The notes beneath the pieces are model-generated. The model searched no databases and was not told the origin of the DNA. It worked only from the letters and a program-made list of their open reading frames with translations. This document shows, piece by piece, positions 52,472 through 61,932 of a stretch of DNA of 64,000 nucleotides. The position numbers and the translations under genes were made by a program. This DNA is from an uncultured Planctomycetaceae bacterium (GTDB lineage: Bacteria > Planctomycetota > Planctomycetia > Isosphaerales > Isosphaeraceae): the NCBI GenBank assembly GCA_963833985.1, contig CAWIAD010000002.1, positions 4,096,001-4,160,000 on the forward strand, given 5' to 3'. Positions within the stretch are counted from its first letter, which is position 1; each line of letters opens with the position of its first letter.

Positions 52472-54192
52472 GGAGCTTCCTCCCGCGCGTCGAACGCTTC
52501 CACGAGGCCGATGAATGCGTCCTCGAGGGTCGGCTCGTCGGCGTCGCCGGACCGCGCCGCCCCCTTCAAGTCGTCCGGCGAACCGCTGGCGATCACCTGC
52601 CCCTTGTAGACCAGGGCGATGCGGTCGCAGTACTCCGCCTCGTCCAGGAAGTGGGTCGTGACCAGCACCGTGACGCCGCGCTCCACCATGGCGTTGATGT
52701 GCGACCAGAACTCACGGCGTGTGAGCGGATCCACGCCGCTGGTCGGCTCGTCCAGGAACAACACTAGCGGGTCATGCAGGACGGCGCATGCCAGCGCCAG
52801 GCGCTGCTTGAAGCCCTGCGGCAAGGTTCCCGCGTTCACTCCCAGGTAGGGATCAAGATCGAAGGCCTCGACCAGCCGCTCGATGGCGCCCCGTCGCTGC
52901 GCCGGCCAGCCCGTACACGCCCGCGAAGAACTCCAGGTTCTGACGCGCGCTGAGATCTCCGTAGAGGGAGAATTTCTGGGCCATGTAGCCAAGCTGCGCG
53001 CGGGCGGTACCGCCGCAGCGATACAGGTCCTGTCCGGCCACATGCGCGTGGCCCGAAGTGGGCCGGAGCAGCCCGCAGAGCATCTTGAACGAGGTGGACT
53101 TCCCTGCCCCGTTGGGCCCGAGCAGGCCGAAGATCTCGCCCTGCCCGATGCGGAAGGAGATGTCGCGCGCGGCCGTGAACGAGCCGAAGCGCTTGGTCAG
53201 TCCTTCAGCCTCGACCATCGCGAATCCGCGCGGCACCGGCGGCCTGCTTCGCCCCGAGAGCGGAGACTCGTCCCTGGAGACTCCGCCAAGCAGATCGACG
53301 AACGCATCCTCGAACCGCGCTGCGGTTGGCACCAGCTCGGCGCCCGGAGCCCCCAGCGCGGTGAGGTCGGGCGGACGACTCGCGTCCGCGACGACCAGCC
53401 GCACGCTCTGGCCCTGGATCACCCCGTCGATGACTTCCGGCCGCCGAACCGCCCGGGCAAGCACGCGCCTCCGCTGCTGCGCTCCGCGAACCAGGTAGGT
53501 GCGGCCCGAGACCCGGGCCGTCAGCTCGTCTGGAGGTCCGGCGAAAAGCAAACGCCCCCGGTCCAGCGCCAGCACCGACTGGCAACGCTCCGCCTCGTCG
53601 AGGTACGCCGTGCTCCAGACCACCCCGATTCCCTGCTCGACAAGCTCGTAAACCAGCCGCCAGAGCTCCCTTCGCGAGATCGGGTCAACCCCGACGCTCG
53701 GCTCATCCAGCAGCAGCAGCCTCGGGGTATGTACCAGGGCGCAGGCCAGCCCCAGCTTCTGCTTCATACCGCCGGAGAGCCTGCCCGCCAGCCGGTCGGT
53801 GAATGGTCCCAGGCTGGTGAATGCCAGCAGGCGTTCGGTGGTACGCGCCCTGCGCGGCCCACGACGCCGCGCAGATCGGCATGGAACGCGAGGTTCTCGG
53901 CGACGGACAGATCCTCGTAGAGGCCGAACCGCTGTGGCATGTAGCTGACGGCCTGCCGCAACGCGGGAAGCTCCGTCAGCGTACTGTAGCCGCACACCCG
54001 GATGGTCCCCTCGGTTGGCAGCAGCAAGCCCGCCATGATCCGCATCAGGGTCGTCTTGCCGGCCCCGTCGGGCCCGACCAGTCCCGTGACCCGGCCGGGC
54101 TCGACCTGAAACTCCAGGCCATCCAGCGCCACGGTCCCATCCTCGAACCGCCTCATCAACCGATCTGACAGCACCAGCGGCGTGGCAGTCAT
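52468..54192 (-). CDS. Duplicated-NBD ABC ATPase (YbhF-like), frameshifts at ~53855 and ~52900
   Basis: GPDGAGKTT, YMPQRFGLYEDL | LSGGMKQKL, GPNGAGKST | GFKQRLALA and LDEPTSGVDP, spread over three frames. Confidence 0.88.
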
Positions 54193-55364
54193 CGCGCCGC
54201 AGCCCCCTGCTCCAGCGGCAGCCGCACGGTGACGGGCATTCCCTGACGGAGACTCCCATCGGGATCCTCCACGACCACGCGCACCCGGTACACCAGGCGG
54301 GTCCTGAGCTCCAGCGTCTCGACGGACTTGGGAGTGAACTCGGCCGTGGGCGAGACGAAGCCCACGTGGCCGCGGTAGGTCCGGCCCGCAGCGCCGTCGG
54401 TCGTCACCTCCACCACGGCTCCGGGCGGAACGCGGCCCAGGTCGAGCTCGGAAACGTACGTCCGCACCCAGACCGGGCTGGTGAGGGTGAGCGTGAACAC
54501 GATCTCGCCGGGCTGCACAATCGCCCCGGCCTCCCGGGCCCGCGTGAGGATGATGCCGGCGGCCGGCGCGATCAGGCGGCTGTCTGCCAGCCGGCGTTCG
54601 GCCTGCGCCACGGCGACCTCCCCGGCTCGAAGCTGGGCCCGGGATGCGTCGATGTCCTCGCGCCGCGGGCCGATCACCGCCAGCCGCAAGGCCTCCCGGG
54701 CCGTCTGGCAACGCGCCTCGGCTTCCCTGCATGCGGCGCTGGCGTTGTCGTACTCCTCGCGCGTCACGGCGCCTCGCTGCACCAGGCTTTCCCGGCGCCT
54801 GAGGACTTGCCTGGCGTTCTCCAGGGCGATCTCGCGCTCGGCGAGCGCGGCCCGTGCCTCGCTGATCTCCTCGGGCCTCGATCCGTGCTCGAACCGCTCG
54901 AGCACCGCCTGCTGGTTATCGCGGCGCGCTCGGGCCATCCGCAGCTCGTCCTCGAAGTAACGGAGATCCAGCGTGGCCAGGACCTGCGCGGCCTGGACGC
55001 TGTCGCCCTCGTCCACCGCCACGGTGTCAATCCGGCCATCAACCTTGAAGCCAAGATTCACCTGGCGAACGTCGATGTTCCCTTGCAGCACCAGCCGGCC
55101 TTCGGCCTGGCGCACTGGTGGGAGGCCGAGAAAGCCTCCCACGTTGAAGGCATACCCGGCACCCGCGCCGGCAAGCACGGCAACCAGCAACGGAATAAGA
55201 CGACGCCGGAGACGGCCTCCCATTCCTGCGGCCGCGGGCCGCGCGTTCGTGGGCGGCGGTTCAGTCCGTGCACCGTTGCGCTCCCGCAGGACGGTTCCTG
55301 GCGGCATATCCGGTCGTGGGGCGGCTTCCCCCTGACGCTGCTGCGCTGTCGAGGAGTGGAACAT
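54189..55364 (-). CDS. HlyD-family membrane fusion protein (YbhG-like)
   Basis: LQGNIDVRQVNLGF, GSRPEEI and AEFTPKSVET..LRTRLVYR. Confidence 0.9.
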   Translation of the reverse strand: MFHSSTAQQRQGEAAPRPDMPPGTVLRERNGARTEPPPTNARPAAAGMGGRLRRRLIPLLVAVLAGAGAGYAFNVGGFLGLPPVRQAEGRLVLQGNIDVRQVNLGFKVDGRIDTVAVDEGDSVQAAQVLATLDLRYFEDELRMARARRDNQQAVLERFEHGSRPEEISEARAALAEREIALENARQVLRRRESLVQRGAVTREEYDNASAACREAEARCQTAREALRLAVIGPRREDIDASRAQLRAGEVAVAQAERRLADSRLIAPAAGIILTRAREAGAIVQPGEIVFTLTLTSPVWVRTYVSELDLGRVPPGAVVEVTTDGAAGRTYRGHVGFVSPTAEFTPKSVETLELRTRLVYRVRVVVEDPDGSLRQGMPVTVRLPLEQGAAAR

Positions 55365-55441
55365 GGAACCTCGCCTTTCGTGAAAGATCGGCGGCTCCGG
55401 ACACTCGCATCGGGCGGAGCCGCGCTGGGCAGCGTGTGGCC

Positions 55442-56137
55442 TCAGTTCGCTTTCCGCTTGCGCTTCCGCGCGGGATGGTGGCGGGTAGCCGCGGTCTCGC
55501 GGGGCTCACGATCGTCGGCGGCCAGCCCACGCAAGATGAGCTCCACGTGACAGCGCACGAGCGCCCGCACGTCCAGCGGCCTGGCATCGAATTGTCCCAG
55601 TGAGTGCTTCCAGAGGGCGGAGAACAGGAACGGGGCGATGATGCAATAGACCGCGTGCTCAACGTCGAACTCGCGGAACTCGCCGGATTCGATGCCCTTG
55701 CGCAACAGGGAGGCCAGCAGGCGCCGGGCACGGCCGATCACCTCCTCCAGGTAGAACTCCGCCAGCTCCGGGAAGTTGCTCGCCTCGGCGATCACGAGCT
55801 TGGGCAGTGCCGAGAGCTTCGTCTCGTAGACTCCCTCGAACAACGCCGCGACCTTCACGAGCAGCTCCGAAACCGGACCAGGCTCCTGTGCCGCCGCCTC
55901 GAACTGGTCAATGGCCGGCACCACGAAGCCCCGCACCACGGCCTTGAAGAGCTCTTCCTTACCCTTGAAATAAAGATAGGCCGTCCCCTTCGTGACCCCC
56001 GCCCGCGCCGCCACGTCCTCGAGCCGCGTGGCGGCGAAGCCGCGCTCGGCGAAGCAATCGAGGGCGGCCTCCAGGATCTCTCCCGGCCGTGCGTCCTTGC
56101 GCCGCCGCCAGCGAACCGCCGGGCCGGGCGCCGTCAT
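55442..56137 (-). CDS. TetR/AcrR-family transcriptional regulator
   Basis: RRKDARPGEILEAALDCFAERGFAATRLEDVAARAGVTKGTAYLYFKGKEELF. Confidence 0.93.
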   Translation of the reverse strand: MTAPGPAVRWRRRKDARPGEILEAALDCFAERGFAATRLEDVAARAGVTKGTAYLYFKGKEELFKAVVRGFVVPAIDQFEAAAQEPGPVSELLVKVAALFEGVYETKLSALPKLVIAEASNFPELAEFYLEEVIGRARRLLASLLRKGIESGEFREFDVEHAVYCIIAPFLFSALWKHSLGQFDARPLDVRALVRCHVELILRGLAADDREPRETAATRHHPARKRKRKAN

Positions 56138-56155
56138 GAGTGCATCTCCCTCAAA

Positions 56156-56177
56156 TTACTTACCGTCCAGTTATTAA
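56156..56177. promoter_or_regulatory. Candidate TetR operator
   Basis: AT-rich imperfect palindrome TTACTTAC-N6-GTTATTAA, ~20 bp upstream of the tetR start. Confidence 0.45.
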
Positions 56178-56250
56178 TAGTATAGGAGACTGCGACCGGA
56201 GAGCAAGACAGGGGCCTGGCTTTCACCGAGGCGCCAAACACGGACGTGGG

Positions 56251-56736
56251 TCAGAACGGCGGGGGTGGACGATGAACCAGGAAGAGAGCGGCGATCAGAC
56301 CCGCTCCTACGACGTGCAGCAAGATGATCAGTGTGGCCACGCCGTAGATCGTCTGCATGCCTTCGTCGGGGCGCTCGCCGTTCTTGAGGATCTGGCTGGT
56401 CACCACCGAGCAGACCCAGTTCCAGTGCAGCATCACGTGCACGAGGATGCCGACGGCGAAGACGCAAAGTGAGGCGAACTGGATGTCGCGGAGCTGGTCG
56501 TACGAGAGTCCAAGAAGGCTCCAACCAGCGGCCAGGGTGGGCGGAGGAAATATGAACTGGAGCGTTGCCGAGATCCAGCCCAGCAGCAGGAACGCCCCCA
56601 GGATCGTGGCGTCGAGCCAGAAGTTGATCACCGACATCGAAACCCGCCGCCTGGCCCGGGGCGGATTGGTCGCGGCTTGCCTCGCAGCCGCCTTCGCAGC
56701 GTCGGCCGCGGCGCTGGTCTTCAGTGGAGTCGTCAT
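56251..56736 (-). CDS. DUF4405-like three-TM membrane protein
   Basis: INFWLD, W..LGLSYDQLRDIQ and ILVHVMLHWNWV; divergent from the cytochrome c/cbb3 cluster. Confidence 0.7.
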   Translation of the reverse strand: MTTPLKTSAAADAAKAAARQAATNPPRARRRVSMSVINFWLDATILGAFLLLGWISATLQFIFPPPTLAAGWSLLGLSYDQLRDIQFASLCVFAVGILVHVMLHWNWVCSVVTSQILKNGERPDEGMQTIYGVATLIILLHVVGAGLIAALFLVHRPPPPF

Positions 56737-57153
56737 CGTCACGAGATGTCCAGAATGCCGGCGGGTCGGGCACCAGACCGTTCTGGTGGCCGCTCTCGAT
56801 GCCAGGCCTCTCACTTCTTTTGTATTCCAAGCTCGTCCCACTCGCAACGAGCATTCTGCTTCTGAAGGCTTGAAATTCAGAGAACGCCTCGTTAACTTCG
56901 GGCAAGAGCCCTGAGTCTGAGCCTGACTCCACGACGGAGGGAGTGGGTCTGAGTTACGGGGTGGTGCCTTTTCGGCCCACCGCGTGGGCCGGGTAGACGG
57001 TGCGCCAGGCGTCGATAACGCCGTCCGCGGCCCTTCCGAACAGAGACCGCGGCAAGACATCGCTCGTCCGACTTGACTGGTTCTGACTTCCGAGCGGGGT
57101 TGCCGGCGCTGGCTGCCTCCATCTTGCATCGTTTCGATCAGAGAGGCTTACAC

Positions 57154-58299
57154 GTGAGGGATCGTATCGCGATCGGAGTGGCCATCGGCCACCTGGCGTT
57201 GATGGCCGCCGGATGCGCACGGTTGCCGGAGCCCAGCTTCACCATCAGCACCCAGACACAGAAGCTGAAACCCGAGTTCCAGACCCAGATCGCCCGCATC
57301 CTCGGTATGCGCTGCGGCCGGCCGCTGGCCCCAAAACTGCTGGGCGCGACCGGGCCGAACGCGACGCCGGCCCATCTCAAACGCGGGGCCGAGCTTTACG
57401 CCCGGTATTGCGTGCAATGCCACGGCATCAACGGCGACGGCAACGGCGTGGCCGCAGTCTACCTGAACCCGAAGCCCAGGAACTACACGCTGGGCATCTT
57501 CAAGTTCACCTCCACGACCTATGGCTCCAAGCCGCTCCGCGAAGACCTGATCCGCACCGTGCGACGGGGGATTCGCGGCACCTCGATGCCCGCGTTCCCC
57601 CTCCTCCCCCCGCGCGACCTGGAAGCCGTTGTCGATTACGTCCAGTCGCTCACCCGCCGTGGCGAGCTGGAAACCAAGCTCGCCGAGCAGGCCGAGTTCG
57701 ATGAGCAGATCGACGAGGCGAAGGTACCCGAGCTGGTCTCGGACATCGCTGGCCGCTGGGACGCGGCGCGTGCCCATGTCGTCTATCCTGCCACGCCGAT
57801 GCCCACGTTCAAACGCTCGAACGTCGACCAGGGCAAGCAGGCGTTCCTGACCAAGGGCTGCGCCAAGTGCCACGGGGATGACGGCCGAGGCATGATGGCC
57901 TCGAACGTCGGTACGGACGCCTGGGGCAACCCCACGAAGGCCGCCGACCTGACCTCGGGAATGCTGCACGGCGGGACCGAACCGCTGGACATCTACCGAC
58001 ATATTGATTCGGGCATCAACGGAACGCCCATGCCGTCGTTCCGGGATACGCTCAAGACCGAGCCGGAGACCGTATGGAACCTGGTGTCCTACGTCCTCCA
58101 TGTCGTCGACATCCGCCGCGAGGGGACAATCCCGGATTCCGGGTTCCTGGAAGACGGTCTGCTCAAGACCCTCCCCGGCGTCCAGCCCGCGGCGCCTGCA
58201 ACGGCTCCCGCGGCCGCCCCAACGGCCGAGCGGTCCCGGCCGGCGGCGGAGCAGCCTCAACCCGTGCGGGTTCCTACGTCGTCCGTGGCCGCGCGTTAG
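57154..58299 (+). CDS. Dihaem c-type cytochrome, probable lipoprotein
   Basis: Lipobox-like LMAAGC; CVQCH with PKPRNY and GTSMP; CAKCH with GTPMP. Confidence 0.88.
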   Translation: MRDRIAIGVAIGHLALMAAGCARLPEPSFTISTQTQKLKPEFQTQIARILGMRCGRPLAPKLLGATGPNATPAHLKRGAELYARYCVQCHGINGDGNGVAAVYLNPKPRNYTLGIFKFTSTTYGSKPLREDLIRTVRRGIRGTSMPAFPLLPPRDLEAVVDYVQSLTRRGELETKLAEQAEFDEQIDEAKVPELVSDIAGRWDAARAHVVYPATPMPTFKRSNVDQGKQAFLTKGCAKCHGDDGRGMMASNVGTDAWGNPTKAADLTSGMLHGGTEPLDIYRHIDSGINGTPMPSFRDTLKTEPETVWNLVSYVLHVVDIRREGTIPDSGFLEDGLLKTLPGVQPAAPATAPAAAPTAERSRPAAEQPQPVRVPTSSVAAR

Positions 58300-58360
58300 G
58301 CCACCGCGACCTCCTCTCTCGCAGACAACCCCATCGTTTGGCACAGCGCACGAGGGCTCC

Positions 58361-59029
58361 ATGACCATCGATCTGGAAACGAAGCTCCAGGAACTCGAAA
58401 GGCTCAAGGCCAGGGTTGAGGAGCTCGAAAACGAAATCCAGGCCGCACGATCCGGGCCCGGCTGGCGGGCCACGGGGTACTACTCGGCGTACTACGCCAC
58501 GGCGGGGTTCCTGCTGGGCAGCCTGGGCGCCATCGTCAGCCTGATCGTCAACATGCTGGGCGCTCCGCTGGCGGGCAAGAGCCCCCTGGAGCTGATCCGG
58601 GTGTACCTGACATTCCCTCTGGGTGAAAAGGCCCTCCAGCTCACTCAGGGACAGAACGCCTACGCCGTCAACGACCGGGTGATCGTGGCATTCGGCTGCT
58701 GCCTCTACCTGGCCACGGGCATGCTGCTGGGTATCCCCGTTTACATGGCCCTGGCGCGCTTCGCCGCCTCCGGCGGAATCATCAAGCGTCTGCTCATCGC
58801 CAGCGTCGTCTCGCTGCTCATCTGGGGAATCATGTTTTACGGGATCCTTTCCTGGGTCCAACCGCTACTGGTCGAGGGCGATCCCGGCAACTGGATCACC
58901 AACCCGGCCTTCCTCCCCTGGTGGGTTGCCGCGGCGACGCACCTGGTTTTTGGCTGGACCATCGCCCTGCTCTATCCGCTGGGAGAATACCATCCCTATC
59001 GCCGTCCCGTCTCCGCAACGGCGGCCTGA
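58361..59029 (+). CDS. Membrane protein with an N-terminal coiled coil
   Basis: MTIDLETKLQELERLK..., then about four hydrophobic segments ending HLVFGW. Confidence 0.75.
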   Translation: MTIDLETKLQELERLKARVEELENEIQAARSGPGWRATGYYSAYYATAGFLLGSLGAIVSLIVNMLGAPLAGKSPLELIRVYLTFPLGEKALQLTQGQNAYAVNDRVIVAFGCCLYLATGMLLGIPVYMALARFAASGGIIKRLLIASVVSLLIWGIMFYGILSWVQPLLVEGDPGNWITNPAFLPWWVAAATHLVFGWTIALLYPLGEYHPYRRPVSATAA

Positions 59030-59071
59030 GAGCCGCCCGGCGAAAGACGGTGACGGCGCAGCTACGTTCAT

Positions 59072-60523
59072 ATGTCCGAATGTTTTCATCCATCCTGCCA
59101 CTGTGAGGCTACGACCTTGGAAAAAGAACTGCCGCGCCACGAAGACCTGGTGGACGAGCGCCTGGTCTACTGGCACTTCATGGCCGCTCTGATCTTCATG
59201 GGCGCTTCCATGCTGGGCGGACTGCTGATGGCCCTCCAGCTGCTGCGTCTGAATCCCTTCTCGGGAATCGAGCTGCTCTCCCCCGGCCGCTGGCGGATGA
59301 TCCACACCAACGCCATCGCCTATGGTTTCATCGCAAATGCGTTCCTGGGCGGCCTCCAGTGGATCGTCCCGCGTCTCACCCTGCGGACGGTGTACAACCC
59401 GAAGCTTCCCGTGCTGAACATCGGGCTTTCCTGGGCGATCTTCTGGGCCTGGCAGTTCGTGGTCGCCGCCACCGCCGTGGGCCTGCTGCTCGGCCAGGCT
59501 CAGGCGCTGGAGTGGGGAGAGACGCCGGTCTGGATCGATCCGGTCGCCCAGCTCGGGCTCCTGCTGGTGGCGATCAACTACATCCCGCCGATCGCCAAGG
59601 TGGAGGGACCGCTGTACGTGACGCTCTGGTACTTCCTGGCCTCGTTCGTCTGGACCTTCCTGACCTACGCCATGGGAAACTTCATGCCGCAGTACTTCGT
59701 CTCCGGCACGGCCGCGGGCGCGGTGGGCGGCCTGTTCATCCACGACCTGGTCGGACTGTTCGTCACGCCGCTGGGCTGGGGCCTGATGTACTACTTCGTG
59801 CCAATCCTCCTCAAGAAGCCGATCTGGAGCCATGGGCTGTCGCTTGTCGGCTTCTGGGGCCTGGCCTTCTTCTACCCGCTCCAGGGAATTCACCACTTCC
59901 TGTACACGCCGATCCCCATGTTCCTTCAGTATGGCGCGGTGATCTCCACCATCGCCCTGGAGCTCGTGGTCGCCACCGTCATCTTCAACTTCCACGCGAC
60001 CCTGCGCGGCTCGACCGGAGCACTGGTCACGAACCTGCCGATCCGCTGGTTTTACACGGGAATGCTCTTTTACTTCCTGACCTGCCTGCAATGCGCCTTT
60101 CAGGTCACGTTGACGTTCCAGCAGCTCATCCATTTCACCGACTGGGTTGTGGGGCATGCTCATATGGTGATGTTCGGCGTCTTCGCCATGTGGCAGCTGG
60201 GCATGATGACTTACCTCATTCCCCGCATTCTCAAGACTCCCTGGTACAGCCAGCGGCTGCTGGAGTGGCACTACTGGCTCTCGGCCCTGGGCATCGGACT
60301 CATGGCCGCCGACCTGATCATCCTGGGCGTGTTCCAGGGGCTCTCCTGGTCATCGCTCATGCCGTGGGAGCATTCGGTGGATATCTCGTTCCCGTTCTGG
60401 GCGGTGCGGACCGTGGCCGGGCTGATGATGATCGCTGGCTACCTCGTCTTTGTTGTCAACATCGTGCAGACCTACCTCAGCTCCAGGCCGGCGCCCCATG
60501 CCGCGGCCGTCGCGGCCGTCTGA
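59072..60523 (+). CDS. ccoN: cbb3-type (C-family) haem-copper oxidase subunit I, divergent
   Basis: GRWRMIHTN, FIHDLVG, YPLQGIHH and HFTDWVVGHAH give all six His ligands plus the helix VII Tyr. Confidence 0.88.
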   Translation: MSECFHPSCHCEATTLEKELPRHEDLVDERLVYWHFMAALIFMGASMLGGLLMALQLLRLNPFSGIELLSPGRWRMIHTNAIAYGFIANAFLGGLQWIVPRLTLRTVYNPKLPVLNIGLSWAIFWAWQFVVAATAVGLLLGQAQALEWGETPVWIDPVAQLGLLLVAINYIPPIAKVEGPLYVTLWYFLASFVWTFLTYAMGNFMPQYFVSGTAAGAVGGLFIHDLVGLFVTPLGWGLMYYFVPILLKKPIWSHGLSLVGFWGLAFFYPLQGIHHFLYTPIPMFLQYGAVISTIALELVVATVIFNFHATLRGSTGALVTNLPIRWFYTGMLFYFLTCLQCAFQVTLTFQQLIHFTDWVVGHAHMVMFGVFAMWQLGMMTYLIPRILKTPWYSQRLLEWHYWLSALGIGLMAADLIILGVFQGLSWSSLMPWEHSVDISFPFWAVRTVAGLMMIAGYLVFVVNIVQTYLSSRPAPHAAAVAAV

Positions 60524-60585
60524 TCCCGATCACCCTGACTCGCCCCTGAAGAACGTGCCTCAACGCCCGAGGATGCAATAGAGCC

Positions 60586-61287
60586 ATGTTGGAATCAAAA
60601 ACGGGAGTCCTGTTCATTGCCGGCATCGGCTTCTTCGCCCTCGCGTTTCTGTCCAACGCGATCGTGCCGGTGCTCATGTATCGCGATCTGCCGGAGCAGA
60701 ACGTCGAGCAACTGCTCCGGAACAACGGTAACCTCAGGTTCCAGTTCGAGGACCTGGCGCGGCGGTTTCCGGACAGCTTCACCGCTGCGTATGGCCGGCC
60801 CCCCGAAGACACCAGGTCACGCGAGCAGTGGCTCGAGGCCAGGAGCCAGGAAGCCCTCCAGCTCGGTCACGATGTCTACGTCGCCGAGGCCTGCTGGCAC
60901 TGCCATAGCCAGTTCGTCCGCCCCGTCTCCAACGAGGAGCGGAGGTTCGGCCCCGTCTCCAGGACCGAGGAATACCAGAACGTGCTCCAGCGGCCCGTGC
61001 TCTTCGGAACCCGGCGGGTCGGGCCCGATCTCAGTCGCGAAGGGGGGCGGCGGTCCAACGACTGGCACGCCGTGCACTTCTTCAAGCCCACCACGCTCTC
61101 CATCGGCTCACCCATGCCTGAGTATCCCTGGCTGTTCAATAACGCACCGGACAAGCCCAACGCCAAGGGCCTGGCGCTCATCACCTACGTGCAATGGCTC
61201 GGATCGTGGCTGGAGAGCTATCCCTACTACGAGGACTACCAGCCGTCGCCGGTGCACGGCCTGGCCGAGAAGGGAAAGGATCAATGA
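60586..61287 (+). CDS. ccoO: cbb3-type oxidase subunit II (monohaem cytochrome c)
   Basis: VYVAEACWHCHSQFVRP, FGTRRVGPDLSR, WH..HF..P and SPMPEYPWL. Confidence 0.9.
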   Translation: MLESKTGVLFIAGIGFFALAFLSNAIVPVLMYRDLPEQNVEQLLRNNGNLRFQFEDLARRFPDSFTAAYGRPPEDTRSREQWLEARSQEALQLGHDVYVAEACWHCHSQFVRPVSNEERRFGPVSRTEEYQNVLQRPVLFGTRRVGPDLSREGGRRSNDWHAVHFFKPTTLSIGSPMPEYPWLFNNAPDKPNAKGLALITYVQWLGSWLESYPYYEDYQPSPVHGLAEKGKDQ

Positions 61288-61598
61288 CCATGCAACCCGC
61301 CGTCAACCAGCCCAGGGCGACCACCCGCTCCCAGGTGCTCACGACCGTCGGCTTCGCACTCTTGCTACTGGTGCCCAGCGTGCTTGGCTTCGCCAACAAG
61401 TTCCGCGAGCTGGTCCTGCTGTCGCGCAGTGGCGTCGAGGGCATCTTCGCCGTCACCCCCGTCGTGAACTACCTGCTGGCCAGCCTGGGGTTCTTCTGCC
61501 TCTTCTTCTGGGCCATTTATCACGGCATGTTCCGCGACATCGAGGCTCCCAAGTTCACCATGCTCGAGAACGAGCGAAAGCTCGACTCCGATGAATAA
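61284..61598 (+). CDS. Small two-TM protein with a CcoS/FixS-like C-terminus
   Basis: ATGA overlap with ccoO; LFFWAIYHGMFRDIEAPKFTML resembles the CcoS FxWa..sGQfdD.e.pa..il pattern. Confidence 0.6.
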   Translation: MTMQPAVNQPRATTRSQVLTTVGFALLLLVPSVLGFANKFRELVLLSRSGVEGIFAVTPVVNYLLASLGFFCLFFWAIYHGMFRDIEAPKFTMLENERKLDSDE

Positions 61599-61659
61599 GA
61601 GACCCGCGCCGCGCGCGGCAACTGCCCGTACCGTATCAGTGTATGAGGATTCTTGCGCC

Positions 61660-61932
61660 ATGGCCCAATCGACCCACAAACCGCCCCACGAGCACGTCTC
61701 GCCCACCGGCGGCGACCCGTCCGCGATGGCCGATGAGCTGCTGGTCATCGGCGGTGCCGTGCCCTTCGACAAGACAGGCCCCGAGGAAGAGAGCCGCTAC
61801 CACGACTACACGGGCAATGCCATCCCCTGGTTCGTGCGCGGCGTCTGGATCATCTTCTGGTGCTATGCTATCACCTACGTCGTGCTCTGGCTGCTGCCGG
61901 CACTCCAGTCGGAATTGCTGTCGCCACCATGA
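61660..61932 (+). CDS. Small membrane protein, possibly related to the CcoP N-terminal anchor
   Basis: YHDYTGNAIPWFVRGVWIIFWCYAITY; no CxxCH; ATGA-coupled to the ATPase. Confidence 0.5.
   Translation: MAQSTHKPPHEHVSPTGGDPSAMADELLVIGGAVPFDKTGPEEESRYHDYTGNAIPWFVRGVWIIFWCYAITYVVLWLLPALQSELLSPP

Noticed and set aside
56737..57153. FNR/Crp box for the oxidase cluster
   Set aside because: No TTGAT-N4-ATCAA-like palindrome was found in the divergent spacer.
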